The position numbers and the translations under genes were made by a program. Of a DNA stretch of 64,000 nucleotides, positions 1 to 9,654 are shown piece by piece. The stretch is taken from IMG/VR virus record IMGVR_UViG_3300021963_004264, positions 1 to 64,000 of that record; one strand, given 5' to 3'. The first letter of the stretch is position 1, and every line of letters starts with the position of its first letter. The DNA is from a virus. The notes beneath the pieces were generated by a model. The model saw only the letters and a program-made list of their open reading frames with translations, was not told where the DNA came from and ran no database searches.

Positions 1-4
1 GAAG

Positions 5-32
5 TTGACAGAAACCAGAATCCTGTTATAAT
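5..32 (+). promoter_or_regulatory. sigma70-like promoter (TTGACA-N16-TATAAT, extended TG); late-type TAAATA also at 47-52
   Basis: Consensus hexamers upstream of ORF 80. Confidence 0.75.
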
Positions 33-79
33 GAACAATGTTAAAATAAATATTAACACACAAAACACTTGAGGAACAT

Positions 80-343
80 ATGGCATATAACAGATCTTTT
101 AATGAAGAAGAACGAGCACGTCTTAAGCGCCTAATTGAAGAAGGCATGCAAGTTACCTATGAGATTGAAACTCTCAAGGAAGGTTTGAGCGATACCGTCA
201 AAGCCATTGCTGAAGAAATGGATATCAAGGCTGCTACACTAAACAAAGCTATCAAAATTGCACACAAGGCAAAGTTCGGTGAAGAGCGTGATAAGTTTGA
301 CGAGCTTGAAACTATCCTAGAAGCTGTCGGTAAGACACTTTAA
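80..343 (+). CDS. T4 DsbA / GapR-like double-stranded DNA-binding protein
   Basis: 87 aa helical protein with the IETLKEGLSDTVKAIAEEMDI..TLNKAIK pattern; GAGGA RBS; next to DNA polymerase. Confidence 0.65.
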   Translation: MAYNRSFNEEERARLKRLIEEGMQVTYEIETLKEGLSDTVKAIAEEMDIKAATLNKAIKIAHKAKFGEERDKFDELETILEAVGKTL

Positions 344-404
344 AATTTTAAATATACTTGGTGGTGCGTCAGCCTTAAAATGATGCTTGGAGAAAGATAC
401 ACAC

Positions 405-3086
405 ATGAGTTATGTAGATGCGTTCTACGACAAATCTGCGGATTTGATTCGCGTAGTTGAACGAGTTAGCGGCAAAAGAATACTTGTAGATTACAAGCCT
501 GAATATAATTTTTATATTGCCGATCCACGTGGAAGTCACCGTAGTATTTACGGTGATCCAGTAAGCGAAGTACGATGTAAGAACATCAAAGACTTCCGTA
601 AAAATGTTGCAATTAACAGCCATGTTAAAAAGTTTGAAAGCGACATTAAGCCAATCAACAAAACTATAGCCAAGCATTACGCTGGTGCTGATACGCCTAA
701 ACTGCAAACAGCATTTTTCGATATCGAGGTGGACTTTGATCCAGCTCGTGGTTATGCTGATCCAGAGGAAGCATTCATGCCCATTACTGCTATCGGTGTG
801 TATCTCCAATGGCAAGATGCAATGATTTGTCTTGCTGTACCACCCAAGACTCTTACTTGGGAACAGGCGCAAAGCATCGCTAGTAACATGCCAGAAGTGT
901 TGCTGTTTAAGACAGAAAAAGAAATGCTTGAAGTATTTCTTACTCTTATTGAAGATGCAGACATTCTCAGTGGTTGGAACAGCGAAGGTTATGATATTCC
1001 TTACACGACCAACCGAATCATTAAGACACTAGGTAAGAGTGAGCTACGTAAACTATGCCTGTGGGATCAAATGCCCACAGTGCGTGAATACGAAGCATAC
1101 GGAAGTCAGCGTCAAACTTATGATTTAGTTGGTCGTGTCCACCTAGACTATATGCAGTTATATCGTAAGTATAACTATGAAGAGCGTCACAGTTATCGAC
1201 TAGACTATATCGGTGAGATGGAAATTGGCGAACGTAAGGTTGCGTATGAAGGTTCGTTGGATAGACTTTACAATCACGATTTTGAAAAGTTCTTAGAATA
1301 TAACATTCAAGATACTGTACTACTTAACAAGCTGGATAAGAAACTACAGTTCATTGACCTTGCTAACACTATTGCACACGATAATACTGTGCTGTTGCCT
1401 ACAACAATGGGTGCTGTGGCAACTACTGAGCAAGCTATCATTAACGAAGCCCATCGACGTGGATTTATCGTGCCTGATCGTAATAGAAGCGAGCGCGGCG
1501 ATACGCAAGCCGCAGGTGCATATGTAGCCTTTCCAAAGAAAGGCTATCACGAATGGGTAGGTAGTATGGACATTAACAGTCTATATCCTAGCGTATTCCG
1601 CGCACTAAACATGGCAGCTGAAACTATTGTAGGTCAGTTACGTCCAGACTATACTGATGAAGAAATCAACAATAAAATTAAACTTGAAAAAGCAAGTTTT
1701 GCTGATGCTTGGTTAGGTAAGTTTGGTACCAACGAGTTTGAATTTGTAATTGATAAAGATGTTAATCATACAATGAAGCTGGATATGGAGGATGGTTCTT
1801 CCATTGACGTTACCGGTGCGGATGTTTACAATCTTATTTTCAACAGCGGCCAGCCGTGGAACATCAGTGCTAATGGCACTATCTTTAAAACAGACTTCCA
1901 AGGCATTGTTCCAGGGTTGCTAGAACGCTGGTACAGTGAACGTAAAGAACTACAAGCTAAGAAGAAAGATGCAACAACATCAGAAGAAAAAGCGTTCTGG
2001 GATAAGCGTCAGCTGGTTAAGAAAATTAACTTGAATAGCTTATATGGTGCTATTTTGAATCCGGGCTGTCGTTTCTTCGATAAGCGTATTGGACAGTCAA
2101 CTACACTAACCGGTAGACGTATTACACGATTCATGGCTGGTAAGACAAATGAATTACTTTTAGGTAAATTTGACCACTTAGGTGATTGTATCATTTACGG
2201 TGATACTGACTCTGTGTATTTTACTGCGGTACCTGCATTACCTGAAGGCAGTGAACTTGATCTAGACAGTGCTGTTAAACTGTACGACCATATCAGTGAT
2301 ACAGTAAGTGACGACTTTCCAGAATTCTTAAATAAGGAATTTAATGTTCCTTACGAGAATGGTAAGGTTCTTAAGGCAGGCCGAGAAGTAGTTGGTCGTT
2401 CAGGACTGTTTATTACTAAAAAGCGTTACGCAATCAAGTGTCTTGATATCGAAGGTTATCAACCAGAAGGAGGTAAGCTAAAGATCATGGGCATGGAAAT
2501 TAAGCGCAGTGATACGCCAGAATTTGTACAAGACTTTTTAGAAGAAGTACTCAACGATGCACTAAGCGGTGTGTCTGAAAAGGATGTTATCGATAAGGTT
2601 AAAGGTTTTAAAAAGAATTTCCAAAGTTTAGAATCTTGGAAGAAAGGCATGCCTAAGCGTGTTAATAACCTAACTAACTATACTGAAAAACTTCGTAATA
2701 CCAGAAAAACAGAAAATATGAAGTTGTATAAGTTAGATGCGCTTAAGGAAGAATCTAGCAATAACATGATTCCAGGACATGTAAGAGCAAGTATTAATTG
2801 GAATGATATTAAGAAAGCATTTGGTGACAACTATAGCATGACTATCACAGATGGTATGAAGGTTATCGTTTGTCGCTTAAAAAATAATGCTATGGGTTAT
2901 AGCAGTATTGCATACCCAACTGACGAACTTAATCTACCTCAATGGTTCAAAGATATGCCCTTCGATGACGCTGGCATGGAAGAAGCTGTGTTGGACAAGA
3001 AAATTGAAAACGTTCTAGGACAAATGGGATGGGATTTATCTCAAACAAAAGAAAGTGAAGCACTTCAAGAGTTCTTTACTTTCTAA
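405..3086 (+). CDS. Family B DNA polymerase (T4 gp43-like) with 3'-5' exonuclease
   Basis: ExoI DIEV, ExoII WNSEGYD, ExoIII YNIQD, motif A DINSLYPS, motif B KINLNSLYG, motif C YGDTDS; ATG at 405 follows GGAGA. Confidence 0.97.
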   Translation: MSYVDAFYDKSADLIRVVERVSGKRILVDYKPEYNFYIADPRGSHRSIYGDPVSEVRCKNIKDFRKNVAINSHVKKFESDIKPINKTIAKHYAGADTPKLQTAFFDIEVDFDPARGYADPEEAFMPITAIGVYLQWQDAMICLAVPPKTLTWEQAQSIASNMPEVLLFKTEKEMLEVFLTLIEDADILSGWNSEGYDIPYTTNRIIKTLGKSELRKLCLWDQMPTVREYEAYGSQRQTYDLVGRVHLDYMQLYRKYNYEERHSYRLDYIGEMEIGERKVAYEGSLDRLYNHDFEKFLEYNIQDTVLLNKLDKKLQFIDLANTIAHDNTVLLPTTMGAVATTEQAIINEAHRRGFIVPDRNRSERGDTQAAGAYVAFPKKGYHEWVGSMDINSLYPSVFRALNMAAETIVGQLRPDYTDEEINNKIKLEKASFADAWLGKFGTNEFEFVIDKDVNHTMKLDMEDGSSIDVTGADVYNLIFNSGQPWNISANGTIFKTDFQGIVPGLLERWYSERKELQAKKKDATTSEEKAFWDKRQLVKKINLNSLYGAILNPGCRFFDKRIGQSTTLTGRRITRFMAGKTNELLLGKFDHLGDCIIYGDTDSVYFTAVPALPEGSELDLDSAVKLYDHISDTVSDDFPEFLNKEFNVPYENGKVLKAGREVVGRSGLFITKKRYAIKCLDIEGYQPEGGKLKIMGMEIKRSDTPEFVQDFLEEVLNDALSGVSEKDVIDKVKGFKKNFQSLESWKKGMPKRVNNLTNYTEKLRNTRKTENMKLYKLDALKEESSNNMIPGHVRASINWNDIKKAFGDNYSMTITDGMKVIVCRLKNNAMGYSSIAYPTDELNLPQWFKDMPFDDAGMEEAVLDKKIENVLGQMGWDLSQTKESEALQEFFTF

Positions 3087-3105
3087 AAAAATCAAATAAA
3101 AACAC

Positions 3106-3134
3106 TTGACAAATCTAAATAAACTATGTATACT
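3106..3134 (+). promoter_or_regulatory. sigma70-like promoter TTGACA-N17-TATACT
   Basis: Consensus hexamers upstream of the clamp gene. Confidence 0.7.
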
Positions 3135-3156
3135 ATCATTAACTTAGGAGCATCAT

Positions 3157-3912
3157 ATGGCAAATAATTATATTAAAGACACACTCAAAGACGTTATTAA
3201 ACATACGCACAGTCTGGGTATCTTCGAAATGGTGAAGATTTCCGGCACACTTGAAGAAACAAGAATTGAAACTGTTGACGCAGACAAGACTGTTATCTTT
3301 AAAGGCAAGACAGTTAATCCTGTAGCAGACTTTGTTGATGCTACTGTTGGACTCAGTCGCATGAGCGTACTGGATGGATATTTGAAGTATCCAGGGTTTG
3401 ATGATGAAGCCGCAACTGTAGCTGTTGTTACGCAAAAGCGTAACGAGGTTGACGTTCCGGTTGAGGTTAAGTTTGTTAGTGCTGATGGCACTGATGCAAA
3501 CTATCGCTTTATGCTTGCTGACGTAGTTAATCAGCAACTTAAGGACATTACATTTAAAGGCGCAGAGTTTGATATTAATATTGTACCTACTGCAAAGAAT
3601 CTAAAGGACCTGGGCTACTTTAATAGTGTACTAGGTGCATATGAATCTACATTTATGCCAAAGACAGAAGGCAATAAATTGTTTTTCCATATTGGCGACG
3701 GTGTTAGCGATCGTACAAAGATCCTTATTGCTGAAGGAGTTGACGGAGAAACTAAGAACGAATTCCGTTGGCCACTGGATATTGTACTTAAGATTTTGCG
3801 TTTAGGTGATAATGCAAATGTTGTACTCAGCATTAACAATAAAGGTCTACTTCAAATTAAAGTTGATAGCGGTATCAGCGAATACACATATCTACTTCCG
3901 GCTAAAGGTTAA
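3157..3912 (+). CDS. DNA polymerase sliding clamp (gp45-like)
   Basis: 251 aa, alpha/beta two-domain size, ends in YTYLLPA, directly after the polymerase; AGGAG RBS. Confidence 0.7.
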   Translation: MANNYIKDTLKDVIKHTHSLGIFEMVKISGTLEETRIETVDADKTVIFKGKTVNPVADFVDATVGLSRMSVLDGYLKYPGFDDEAATVAVVTQKRNEVDVPVEVKFVSADGTDANYRFMLADVVNQQLKDITFKGAEFDINIVPTAKNLKDLGYFNSVLGAYESTFMPKTEGNKLFFHIGDGVSDRTKILIAEGVDGETKNEFRWPLDIVLKILRLGDNANVVLSINNKGLLQIKVDSGISEYTYLLPAKG

Positions 3913-3915
3913 TTA

Positions 3916-5481
3916 ATGAAAGACTTAGGAAAACGTCAAAGCGACTATGCGGTATACTTACCTGCTATCAGTAGCTTTTATACAAAACAGCTACACAAGT
4001 TACTATCTAACCCTTCCGACTGGAGAACTCCGCCAGGATTTGAAAGAGGTAATGCCGGTCTAGACTTTTTAGATCCGAGTGTCGGATATTATCATTATCC
4101 ATATGGACTATACTCAGCAGGCCATGCTCATCTAGATCCTGCTAAGAGCGATGCCGAAGAACCTATGGTTCAAAAGCGTAACAGAGGAATTACAACTGTA
4201 CTAGGTGACTCTGGCGGTTTCCAGGTTGCTAAAGGCGTACTAAAACTAGACTGGACTAATGCTAAAGATCCAAATGATCCTAGCAGAATTGAATTATGTG
4301 AAAAGATTCTTCGTTGGCTCGAACATACGTCCGATTGGGCTATGACGCTAGATATCCCAGGCTTTGCGGCTGTTCCACCTTTTAGTAAAAAGACAGGACT
4401 AACTAAGATTCAAGACACTATTGATATCAGTTTACTTAACTTAGATTACTTTGTACGCAATCGTGTACCAGGTGCTACTAAGTTTTTAAATGTTCTTTCT
4501 GGTACCGATCAAAAGAGCGCCGATGACTGGTACGAAAGTGTTAAACATTTTAGTGACCCTAAATTTGTTGCTACTGCCTATGGTGACGCTAATCGCACAC
4601 TGGAAGGTTATGCGTTTGCTGGTATTAACATGCGTAACATGCCTATCGCACTAAAGCGTTTACTTAAACTACGTGAAGATGGTTTGCTTGAAGGCAAAGG
4701 GTGGATTCACTTCCTTGGTACAGGTAAACTTAATTGGGCTTGTTATCTAACTAGTATCCAACGTATGCTACGTAAGCACGATAGTCCAAATATTACACTT
4801 AGCTTTGATGCTGCCAGTCCATTCGTTAATACAGCGTATGGTCAAACATACGCATACAACTATTTTTCTCCTAAGAGATTTGGTTATTTTATGGATCGCG
4901 CTTTTGATAATCAAAAGCTAAAAGGTAGTACAATGCCTATGCCATTTAACAGTCCTATTATGGAGCGTCTAGTTGCAGGTGATCTTTGCTGTATGGAAGA
5001 GGGTGACTTGGATCGTAACGGCAAACCTAAGGGTAAAGATAGTACAAGTTGGGACACACAGAGTTATCTCTACTATATGTCTCACAGCGTTTACAATCAT
5101 ATTACTGCCGTTCAAGAAGCCAATCGATTGGCTGATATTGAAAAGTTTAGAGCACCTGTTCACTACAGTGATTGGATCAATGACAAAACAAGTAAAGGAA
5201 CAAACGAGTTTAGTCCTTATGTTCCTTACAGTGTTGTTTACTTTGATAGCTTTGTAAAAGAAGTACTAGATCCAGCATGTCCGAATCCTTATGAACTTAT
5301 TGACAAGTACAGTAAATTCTTAGAAGAGATCAGTTTTGGTAGCTTTGCTTCCGAGACACATCTAGATGTTAGTTTCTTTGAAGAATCTACTACATCGGTG
5401 CATGACGAATCTGTCAGTCGTGAAGACGAAATGATGGATCCTGCTATGTCTGGTGATTTCGATCCGGAGTCGTTAAATTGA
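3916..5481 (+). CDS. dpdA: TGT/DpdA-family guanine transglycosylase (putative DNA 7-deazaguanine insertase)
   Basis: GDSGGFQ, MTLD, IHFLG and SFDAAS motifs of the TGT fold; clustered with folE, queD and queE. Confidence 0.75.
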   Translation: MKDLGKRQSDYAVYLPAISSFYTKQLHKLLSNPSDWRTPPGFERGNAGLDFLDPSVGYYHYPYGLYSAGHAHLDPAKSDAEEPMVQKRNRGITTVLGDSGGFQVAKGVLKLDWTNAKDPNDPSRIELCEKILRWLEHTSDWAMTLDIPGFAAVPPFSKKTGLTKIQDTIDISLLNLDYFVRNRVPGATKFLNVLSGTDQKSADDWYESVKHFSDPKFVATAYGDANRTLEGYAFAGINMRNMPIALKRLLKLREDGLLEGKGWIHFLGTGKLNWACYLTSIQRMLRKHDSPNITLSFDAASPFVNTAYGQTYAYNYFSPKRFGYFMDRAFDNQKLKGSTMPMPFNSPIMERLVAGDLCCMEEGDLDRNGKPKGKDSTSWDTQSYLYYMSHSVYNHITAVQEANRLADIEKFRAPVHYSDWINDKTSKGTNEFSPYVPYSVVYFDSFVKEVLDPACPNPYELIDKYSKFLEEISFGSFASETHLDVSFFEESTTSVHDESVSREDEMMDPAMSGDFDPESLN

Positions 5482-6359
5482 AAGCACTTATAGTAGGTTT
5501 AGGTTTTGGGCAAGCAGTTTATAAACCTATACTTTCTAAACTTGGTTATGAAATTTGCACTGTTGATTTAAAAGACGGTGCAAATTACACTAATGTTGAT
5601 CATGCAGTTAGAGATCACGGCAAGTTTGATATAGTGCATATTTGTACGCCCAACTACACACACGAAAATCTTGCAAGACAAGTTGCTCCATATGCCGATA
5701 TAATTTTTGTTGAAAAGCCTGGAGTTATTAATCATACTGCCTGGCATAATCTTATTAAAGATTTTGACGCTAGGTTTATGATGGTTAAAAACAACCAATA
5801 TAGAGCAGAAATTGACGAGTTTAAACGACTTGCTAAAGAAAGCAATGCTGTAAACATTCGTTGGGATAGTAAAAATAGAATTCCACAACCGGGCAGTTGG
5901 TTCACAACAAAAAATTTAGCATTTGGCGGTGTGAGTAGGGATCTTATCCCTCATATGTTAAGCTATTTCACAGCATTAACAGACTATATTGCATCTACAA
6001 AAAACTATGTACTTGCACATCAACAATATACCTTAAGTGATATCGGTGATACAGACTATGGTGTTGTTAATAAGGACGGAATTTATAATGTAGATGACTT
6101 TTGTTCATTTGAATTTGTTGATACTGAAAATACAAATTGGACGCTTACAGCAAATTGGAAAAATAATAAAGAAGATGATAGTAGTATTTCTTTTCACTTA
6201 AAAGATGGAAATATTTTAAAGTTTAATCTAGGTTTGTGTCCTGAAGAAGCATACGAAAAAATGATTAAGACTGCTGTCGAACACCTAAATAATGATAAAT
6301 TCTGGAAGTCACAATATGAACAAGATATGTGGATCCATAGACAAATTGAACAAATATGA
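5478..6359 (+). CDS. Gfo/Idh/MocA family NAD(P)-dependent oxidoreductase
   Basis: IVGLGFG Rossmann motif, ICTPNYTH, VEKP, GGVSRDLIPH. Confidence 0.88.
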   Translation: MKALIVGLGFGQAVYKPILSKLGYEICTVDLKDGANYTNVDHAVRDHGKFDIVHICTPNYTHENLARQVAPYADIIFVEKPGVINHTAWHNLIKDFDARFMMVKNNQYRAEIDEFKRLAKESNAVNIRWDSKNRIPQPGSWFTTKNLAFGGVSRDLIPHMLSYFTALTDYIASTKNYVLAHQQYTLSDIGDTDYGVVNKDGIYNVDDFCSFEFVDTENTNWTLTANWKNNKEDDSSISFHLKDGNILKFNLGLCPEEAYEKMIKTAVEHLNNDKFWKSQYEQDMWIHRQIEQI

Positions 6360-7255
6360 TAGTTAAATGCTTACAAACTAACGGACAGGGCTACTTTGAA
6401 GAGGTAGAATACAGAAAACCGAAACTTAATGAATACGAGATTGAGGTCAAAGCACTAATGACTGGCGTATGTCGCAGTGACATTGACATGATGCAAGGTA
6501 ACTTTGGTCCACTACCTTTACACATGCAAGGTCATGAAGGCCTTGGGGTTGTAACCAAAGTAGGTAGTGGCATTGGCACAACACAAGTCGGCGACTTTGT
6601 TGCTACACGTGGCGAGCCTGCATATGCAGATTTTTACAATGTGCGTGTCAATGAATATGTCACTATTCCCGAAGTACACCCTAAGTATATCATCGAGCCA
6701 GTAGCTTGTGGTATTAATATTGTCGACCAAGCAATCAATGAAATCAAAAGTAGACAAGGTGTGGACAGTAATTTGTTAATTATTGGCAGCGGATTTTTAG
6801 CATGGGTTGCATACCATAAACTTATTTTATCAAATTTAAAATTTATTATCGATGTGTTAGGTACAAGCAACCAAGAGTTATGGGGAGATAATTTGTTGTT
6901 ACACACAACTTCCTCATATGATGTTGTTATTGATTTATCAGGCAAATATGAATTAGGAACCGAAATTAATCTCAATAACAATGCATTAATCATCGACGGA
7001 GTCGGAAAAGCGATTTCTAAAAATGAAGCACAAGCGCAGTTGTGGAAGGCATGTACTACAATAAGACCAAGTCCTCGCAGTCACGGATTTCATCAATGCA
7101 TGGAAGATGCTGTTTGGATGATTGAAAACAATCATATTAATGTTGACAGTTTCTGGACAAAAGGTTATAATAGAAAAACCGAATGGCAGCAAGCATTTGC
7201 TGACGGAATTAATCGCCCGCAGGGCTATAGTAGAGGCTATATTAAATGGGACTAA
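6356..7255 (+). CDS. Zn-dependent medium-chain alcohol/sugar dehydrogenase
   Basis: GVCRSD, GHEGLGVV, IEPVAC, IIGSGFL motifs. Confidence 0.88.
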   Translation: MIVKCLQTNGQGYFEEVEYRKPKLNEYEIEVKALMTGVCRSDIDMMQGNFGPLPLHMQGHEGLGVVTKVGSGIGTTQVGDFVATRGEPAYADFYNVRVNEYVTIPEVHPKYIIEPVACGINIVDQAINEIKSRQGVDSNLLIIGSGFLAWVAYHKLILSNLKFIIDVLGTSNQELWGDNLLLHTTSSYDVVIDLSGKYELGTEINLNNNALIIDGVGKAISKNEAQAQLWKACTTIRPSPRSHGFHQCMEDAVWMIENNHINVDSFWTKGYNRKTEWQQAFADGINRPQGYSRGYIKWD

Positions 7256-7773
7256 ATACTGAAGAAAGACAAAACATAGTTTATTTTACAGGCTACGAAG
7301 TTGAGCATACTGTATGCCATGGTATGTTTACGCTCTTTGTTGTTGGTACTCCGCCTTTAGAAGAAATCCTTACAGAGGCTAGAAAACATAATGTACAGCA
7401 AATTTATTTTGGTACTAGCCAAAGTTTCAACCCAACAAACGATGATTGGGATGAATGGGACGAAGTTATTACTGGATGCCTAAAAGAAAAGTTTTGGGTC
7501 ACTTTAGATTTTGATGTTGATTATGCTAATCATCCCTGGTTTCATGACAGCGGTTGGTGCGAACATGATAAATTTGTTCCTATGATTAGTGTGAAGATAC
7601 CATATATTAAATTGTTCAATTATAATACAACCGTAAAGATTGACGATAGAACTTGGGGATTCAGTAACCCGGGTGTATGGACACATCAATTAAATGAGTT
7701 AATGACCAAGGACAAATATACATATTGGGATCAATACACCGAAGATACCGATATTAATACAGAAAATGATTGA
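7246..7773 (+). CDS. hypothetical protein
   Basis: 175 aa ORF overlapping the upstream gene, phage-like codon usage. Confidence 0.75.
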   Translation: MGLNTEERQNIVYFTGYEVEHTVCHGMFTLFVVGTPPLEEILTEARKHNVQQIYFGTSQSFNPTNDDWDEWDEVITGCLKEKFWVTLDFDVDYANHPWFHDSGWCEHDKFVPMISVKIPYIKLFNYNTTVKIDDRTWGFSNPGVWTHQLNELMTKDKYTYWDQYTEDTDINTEND

Positions 7774-7806
7774 CAACCCAGGAGTTATAGTATACTATAA
7801 ACTAGT

Positions 7807-7989
7807 ATGAATATAAAATTAGAATGTGACGATGACGGAGTGGTAGTAAGCACTACACTAAAGATTGATAGCTTGGAAACTGAACAAGAACTACAAGAAG
7901 TTTTTATGAAGTTTATTAAATTCATTCGCAAGTGTGGTGCTAAGTTTCCAGAAGAGTTAGATCAGATTGAAAAGGAGTTTAACAAATGA
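7807..7989 (+). CDS. hypothetical protein
   Basis: 60 aa ORF downstream of TTGACA-N17-TACTAT (7770-7798). Confidence 0.6.
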   Translation: MNIKLECDDDGVVVSTTLKIDSLETEQELQEVFMKFIKFIRKCGAKFPEELDQIEKEFNK

Positions 7990-8177
7990 CCTTATACGAA
8001 GTAGCAACAGCAATTGCAGTGTGTATATTTTGTATTGTGCTAATTTGGTTTATTATTGAATCAAACCAGTATATTTCAGAACGTAATCGCTTAAGAAAAG
8101 AAACAGGTAAGTATTACGAACACGATATTCACGAAGAGCTGTTAAAGCGAGCAAAAGAAAACAAGGAAAATAAATGA
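7986..8177 (+). CDS. small membrane protein
   Basis: N-terminal hydrophobic helix; AAGGAG RBS; ATGA overlaps on both sides. Confidence 0.65.
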   Translation: MTLYEVATAIAVCIFCIVLIWFIIESNQYISERNRLRKETGKYYEHDIHEELLKRAKENKENK

Positions 8178-8548
8178 AAACTATTTGGGTTACATTCCAA
8201 AAAGAAGGCATCCATATGTATCCAGGTGCCGATACTGATCCTAAGTTAGCCACAGGCGGCTGGGATGATGTAAGTTTTCTAGGTGTGCCGCACAGGCACA
8301 TTTTCCATTTTAAAGTCTGGATTGAAGTATTCCACGATGACCGAGACATTGAATTTATTCAGTTCAAGCGTTGGCTAGAACGCCAGTACAGCGAAGGCGT
8401 GCTTGAATTGAATCATAAGAGTTGCGAGATGATCGCAGAAGATTTAGCAGTGGAGATTACTAAGAAGTATCCTAACCGCTGGCTAAAGATTTCTGTAGCC
8501 GAAGATAATGAAAACGGCTGCGAAATTGATTTTCCTGTCAAGCAATAA
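8174..8548 (+). CDS. queD: QueD-like / PTPS-like T-fold enzyme (6-carboxytetrahydropterin synthase)
   Basis: HRH metal motif, DRDIEF, SCEMIA and C-terminal EDNENG; folE/queE context. Confidence 0.7.
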   Translation: MKTIWVTFQKEGIHMYPGADTDPKLATGGWDDVSFLGVPHRHIFHFKVWIEVFHDDRDIEFIQFKRWLERQYSEGVLELNHKSCEMIAEDLAVEITKKYPNRWLKISVAEDNENGCEIDFPVKQ

Positions 8549-8596
8549 GATTGACAGGTAGATGGTCCAATATATTTTAAATAATAGGAGAAAAAC

Positions 8597-8785
8597 ATGA
8601 CCGAGACACACTTAAAATTGAAAGCTCTTTTCGAAGAGTATGTTAAAGAATCAGATGCATTTGAAGTCAAGGGCGTTAAGGCCGCGGCGGCTCGTGCTCG
8701 TAAGGCACTAGGCGAAATTGGCAAGTTGTCAAAGGTTCGTCGCGCCGAGATTCAAGACAAGAAGAATGCTGCCAGCGCAGCCTAA
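8597..8785 (+). CDS. Histone H1-like Hc1-type basic protein
   Basis: KGVKAAAARARKALGEIGKLSKVRRAEI pattern; AGGAG RBS. Confidence 0.65.
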   Translation: MTETHLKLKALFEEYVKESDAFEVKGVKAAAARARKALGEIGKLSKVRRAEIQDKKNAASAA

Positions 8786-8796
8786 GGAGAAGTATA

Positions 8797-9474
8797 ATGT
8801 CGTTTGATACAACCATTAAGACAGCTAGTGATATTAATCTTGCTATGGCTCGTGTGTACAACAATATGTTTTTTGCCGTGCTTACCAGCATGGTAGTAAG
8901 CTACTTTGTTGGTACATCACCTGACCTATTGCAATTTTTCTTTACTGGTATTACCAAGTGGATTGTAATTTTTGCACCGCTAGCATTTATCTTTGCTGTA
9001 CCAGTACTGCTTAACTCAGGTATTGGTCGCTCAGGTAAGCTACTAGTATTGCATAGCTTTGCGGCCTTGATGGGTTTGAGCTTTGCAACTATCTTTGCTG
9101 TGTACGCTATGGGCAGTATTTTTAGTGCTTTTATGGGTGCCGCTGTACTATTTGGTACAATGAGCGTGTACGGTTATTTTACAAAAACTAACCTAGATAG
9201 TATGGGCAAATTTATGTTTGTAGGACTAATTGCAATTATTATTGTAAGTCTTATTAATATCTTTATTGGTAGCACACTTATACAAATGGTTGTAAGTGCA
9301 TTAGCTATCATCATCTTCCTGGGTTTAACTGCATACGATACTCAAAAGATCCGTGAGCAGATTATGTACAGTAACTTTGATGATAGTGCTGAAATTTCAG
9401 GTGCATTAACGTTGTACTTGGATTTCATTAACCTATTCCTTAACTTACTAAATCTTTTTGGTGATAGGAAGTAA
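8797..9474 (+). CDS. Bax inhibitor-1/YccA family membrane protein
   Basis: About 7 TM helices, YDTQKI, GALTLYLDFINLF. Confidence 0.92.
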   Translation: MSFDTTIKTASDINLAMARVYNNMFFAVLTSMVVSYFVGTSPDLLQFFFTGITKWIVIFAPLAFIFAVPVLLNSGIGRSGKLLVLHSFAALMGLSFATIFAVYAMGSIFSAFMGAAVLFGTMSVYGYFTKTNLDSMGKFMFVGLIAIIIVSLINIFIGSTLIQMVVSALAIIIFLGLTAYDTQKIREQIMYSNFDDSAEISGALTLYLDFINLFLNLLNLFGDRK

Positions 9475-9475
9475 A

Positions 9476-9652
9476 ATGAGTACAGCACCAGATAACAGTG
9501 CTGACGACAAAGCAGTAGTCCCTCAACCTGAAAAAGTTGATAGGGCTACTGCTGATAGTCTAAATAACTATGCACAGAGTTTAAATGATCCTATTACACA
9601 CGTAGTAGATTATGGCAATCTTGAACTTGAAGATAGCAAAAAGAAAAAGTAA
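9476..9652 (+). CDS. hypothetical protein
   Basis: 58 aa ORF filling the gap; AGGA RBS before ATG 9476. Confidence 0.55.
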   Translation: MSTAPDNSADDKAVVPQPEKVDRATADSLNNYAQSLNDPITHVVDYGNLELEDSKKKK

Positions 9653-9654
9653 AA

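Noticed and set aside
405-3086. Intein or intron in the DNA polymerase
   Set aside because: Length and motif spacing are normal, with no splice motifs.
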